Source: an uncultured Candidatus Binatia bacterium (lineage in GTDB: Bacteria > Desulfobacterota > Binatia > UBA9968 > JAJDTQ01). From it: a DNA stretch of 64,000 nucleotides. Location of the stretch: NCBI GenBank assembly GCA_965213675.1, contig OZ243916.1:1728001-1792000 (forward strand), in the 5' to 3' direction. Below, piece by piece: positions 61,493 through 64,000 of this stretch (within the stretch, counting starts at the first letter, position 1; the number at the start of each line of letters is the position of its first letter). The translations under genes were made by a program, and so were the position numbers. The notes under the pieces were generated by a model, which was not told where the DNA came from, ran no database searches, and saw only the letters and a list, made by a program, of their open reading frames with translations.

Positions 61493-62821
61493 GTGTCACA
61501 ACCAGACAAGGCTCTCCACATCATCCGGCGTCTGCGCGCGGCCGGCCACGAAGCCTACCTCGCTGGCGGATGCGTGCGCGACCGTCTTCTGGAACGAGAG
61601 CCCAAGGACTACGACGTGGCCACCGCCGCGACCCCCCGGCAGGTCCAGGCCCTCTTCACCGACACGGTGGACGTGGGATCGCGATTCGGCTCGGTGGTCG
61701 TGCTGGTGGAGAGCGAGCCGTTCGAAGTCACCACCTTCCGCTGCGACGGCCCCTACCGCGACGGACGCCGGCCCGAACACGTCCGCCATGGTACCCTGGA
61801 GGACGATGTCCGGCGGCGCGACTTCACCATCAACGCCATGATGTACGACCCGGTGGACGATCGGCTCATCGACCTGGTGGACGGCAGGGCCGACCTGGCC
61901 CGGGGTTTGATCCGGGCCATCGGCGATCCCCACGAGCGTTTCGCCGAGGACCGCCTGCGCATGGTCCGGGCCGTGCGTCTGGCCTGCGGCCTGGGCTTCG
62001 CCATCGACGGGCCGACGCTGCTGGCCATCCGCAGCCACGCCGCCGCCGTCACCCAGGTGGCGTGGGAACGCATCGGAGCCGAAGTCACCCGCACCCTCAC
62101 CGAGGGCGGCGCCCGGCGCGGGTTCGAGTTGCTGGACGAGACCGGACTCCTGGAAGTGATCCTGCCCGAAATCACCGCCATGAAGGGTTGCGAGCAGACC
62201 CCGGACCACCACCCCGAGGGGGACGTCTTCGTCCACACGCTGACGCTCCTGGGTCACCTCGACGCCGCTCCCACCGAGACCCTCGCCTACGGCTGCCTGC
62301 TGCACGACGTGGCCAAGCCGCCGTGCCGCCAGCCCGCGGGCGAGCGCGTCACGTTCCACGGCCACCCGGAGCTGGGCGCGGAGATGGCCGTGCAGATCCT
62401 CCAGCGTCTCAAGCGAAGCCGCGCCGTGGCCGAACGCGTGGCCTGGCTGGTGCGCTATCACCTGCGCTACACCCAGGCGCCGAAGATGCGCCTCAGCACG
62501 CTCAAGCGCTTCCTCGCCGACGACGGCATCCTCGAACTCCTGGAGCTGTGCCGCATCGACGCGCTTTCATCCAATGGCGATCTGGGCTACTACGATTTCT
62601 GTCAGCGGAAGCTCGCCGAACTGGGCGAACAGGAAGTCAAGCCAGCCCCATTGCTGCGCGGCCGCGACCTCATCCGGCTCGGCCATTTGCCCGGCCCCTC
62701 CTTCTCGGCCATGCTGCGGGCCGTCGAGGAGGCCCAACTCGAGGGCGAACTGACGACGCCGGCCGAGGCCGTCGATTGGGTGCGCGAGCGCTATCCGCTC
62801 GACGAGGAGCTTGGGCCGTAG
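61493..62821 (+). CDS. cca: CCA tRNA nucleotidyltransferase with HD domain
   Basis: LAGGCVRD..L...PKDYD, EVTTFR, RRDFTINA, EDRLRMVRA, HHPEGDV, LLHDVAKP. Start codon approximate. Confidence 0.9.
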   Translation: MSQPDKALHIIRRLRAAGHEAYLAGGCVRDRLLEREPKDYDVATAATPRQVQALFTDTVDVGSRFGSVVVLVESEPFEVTTFRCDGPYRDGRRPEHVRHGTLEDDVRRRDFTINAMMYDPVDDRLIDLVDGRADLARGLIRAIGDPHERFAEDRLRMVRAVRLACGLGFAIDGPTLLAIRSHAAAVTQVAWERIGAEVTRTLTEGGARRGFELLDETGLLEVILPEITAMKGCEQTPDHHPEGDVFVHTLTLLGHLDAAPTETLAYGCLLHDVAKPPCRQPAGERVTFHGHPELGAEMAVQILQRLKRSRAVAERVAWLVRYHLRYTQAPKMRLSTLKRFLADDGILELLELCRIDALSSNGDLGYYDFCQRKLAELGEQEVKPAPLLRGRDLIRLGHLPGPSFSAMLRAVEEAQLEGELTTPAEAVDWVRERYPLDEELGP

Positions 62822-62873
62822 GAATTCACGAAAGCGAAAATTCGTTTTCGTGAATTCCTGCGGCGCAAGCTCC
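62806..62873. repeat. 68-bp palindrome related to the 61248-61419 element
   Basis: ggagcttgggccgtaggaattcacgaaagcgaaaattcgttttcgtgaattcctgcggcgcaagctcc; contains the cca stop codon. Confidence 0.78.
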
Positions 62874-62951
62874 GACGGCGCCCACCTCTCACGACTGGCG
62901 CATGCCCTGCATCCGCGGAGCGCCGACCGATCCACACGGAGGTAACGACGA

Positions 62952-64000
62952 ATGGCGAAAGCCGCCAAACACCAGGTCATCGGCAAGTCCCACCATCGGG
63001 TGGACGGCGTGGTCAAGGCCACCGGCAAGGCCGTTTACGCCATGGACCTGGAGCTGCCGGGCATGCTCCACGCCAAGGTCCTGCGCAGCCCGTTCCCGCA
63101 CGCGCGCCTGCGGCGCATCGACGCCACCAAGGCCGAGGCGCTGCCGGGGGTGGTCACGGTACTGACCCGCGAGACCCTGGACGGGATGAACCCGTACTTC
63201 GGCTCCGCCTACAAGGACCAGACCGTCGTCGCCCTGGACAAGGTGCGCTACGACGGCGACCCGGTGGCGGCGGTAGCCGCGACGGACGAGGCCGCCGCGG
63301 CGGAAGCGCTGGCGCTCATCGAGACCGAGTACGAGGAACTTCCCGCGGTGACGGACGTGGCCGACGCCATCGCGCCAGGCGCGCCGCTGGTACATGAACA
63401 TGTGGCCGACGCCGACGAGCTCCACGGCCACGCCTACCGCGTACCCGAGGCATTCCGCGGCACCAATGTGTGCTACGCCTACAACTATTCCCGGGGCGAC
63501 GTGGACAAGGGTTTCGCCCGGGCCGACCATGTCTTCGAGGATGTCTTCACCTTCCCCCAAGTGCAGCATTATCCGCTGGAGCCGCACATCACCATCGCCG
63601 GGGTGGAGAACGGACATGTGACCCTGTGGTCCTCCACCCAGGACCCGTTCACCCTCCAGCGCCACATCGCCGAGTTCTTCTCCATCCCCATCAACCGGGT
63701 GCGGGTCATCGTGCCCCACATCGGCGGCGCCTACGGCGGCAAGCTGTCGGTGAAAAACGAGCCGCTGGTGGCGGCGCTGGCATGGAAAACCGGCCGAACG
63801 GTGAAAATCACCCACACCTCCGAGGAGACTTTCCGCACCATCACGCGGCATCCCGCCCGGTTCCGCATCAAGACCGGTGTGAACCGCGACGGCAAGCTCG
63901 TGGCGCGGGAGTGCGAAGTGCACATGGGCACCGGCGCCTACGCGGACTACGGCCCGCGGGTGTCCCAGAAGGCAGGCTACCGCGCGCCCGGTCCGTACCG
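62952..64000 (+). CDS. Xanthine dehydrogenase-family molybdopterin-binding subunit (runs off the window)
   Basis: Read manually (not in the ORF track): MAKAAKHQVIGKSHHRVDGVVKATGKAVYAMDLELPGMLHAKVLRSPFPHAR...KVRYDGDPVAAVAA...PLEPH...STQ...IGGAYGGK...RHP. GGAGG RBS. Confidence 0.9.
   Translation, partial: MAKAAKHQVIGKSHHRVDGVVKATGKAVYAMDLELPGMLHAKVLRSPFPHARLRRIDATKAEALPGVVTVLTRETLDGMNPYFGSAYKDQTVVALDKVRYDGDPVAAVAATDEAAAAEALALIETEYEELPAVTDVADAIAPGAPLVHEHVADADELHGHAYRVPEAFRGTNVCYAYNYSRGDVDKGFARADHVFEDVFTFPQVQHYPLEPHITIAGVENGHVTLWSSTQDPFTLQRHIAEFFSIPINRVRVIVPHIGGAYGGKLSVKNEPLVAALAWKTGRTVKITHTSEETFRTITRHPARFRIKTGVNRDGKLVARECEVHMGTGAYADYGPRVSQKAGYRAPGPY

Overview
High-GC bacterial chromosome segment. 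The gene orders ispE-spoVG-tRNA-Gln-prs-rplY-pth, rpsF-rpsR-yybS-rplI and ccsA-hemA-hemC-hemD-hemB suggest a deltaproteobacterial-type (Desulfobacterota/Binatia-like) organism; this is inference. Left to right it holds: two different complex II (SQR/QFR) operons in tandem; an SDR plus split transketolase; ribosomal and housekeeping genes; a K+-dependent membrane pyrophosphatase; a catabolic cluster (amidohydrolase, UbiD, two duplicated Zn-dehydrogenases); gor; a PuuD-like membrane protein next to a separate cytochrome c; a family-B DNA polymerase with intact proofreading motifs but eroded polymerase motifs; and PAC2 and cytochrome c'. A visibly more AT-rich island at about 31.4-43.3 kb encodes a NERD-pseudokinase-kinase-ATPase protein, a 603-aa protein and a 1672-aa PD-(D/E)XK + HerA-type ATPase. 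These resemble MAD6-7-8 / DndFGH, have no adjacent DNA-modification genes, and are followed by a UPF0175/DUF3368 PIN pair. Further right are the hem operon interrupted by a Calx-beta repeat autotransporter, a LysM lytic transglycosylase, a Gld-like ABC system, a CCA-adding enzyme flanked by related palindromes, and the start of a xanthine-dehydrogenase-family Mo subunit. The best novelty candidates are the methylase-less kinase/ATPase defence module and the polymerase-dead PolB. All family calls come from motif recognition by eye; no database searches were run.
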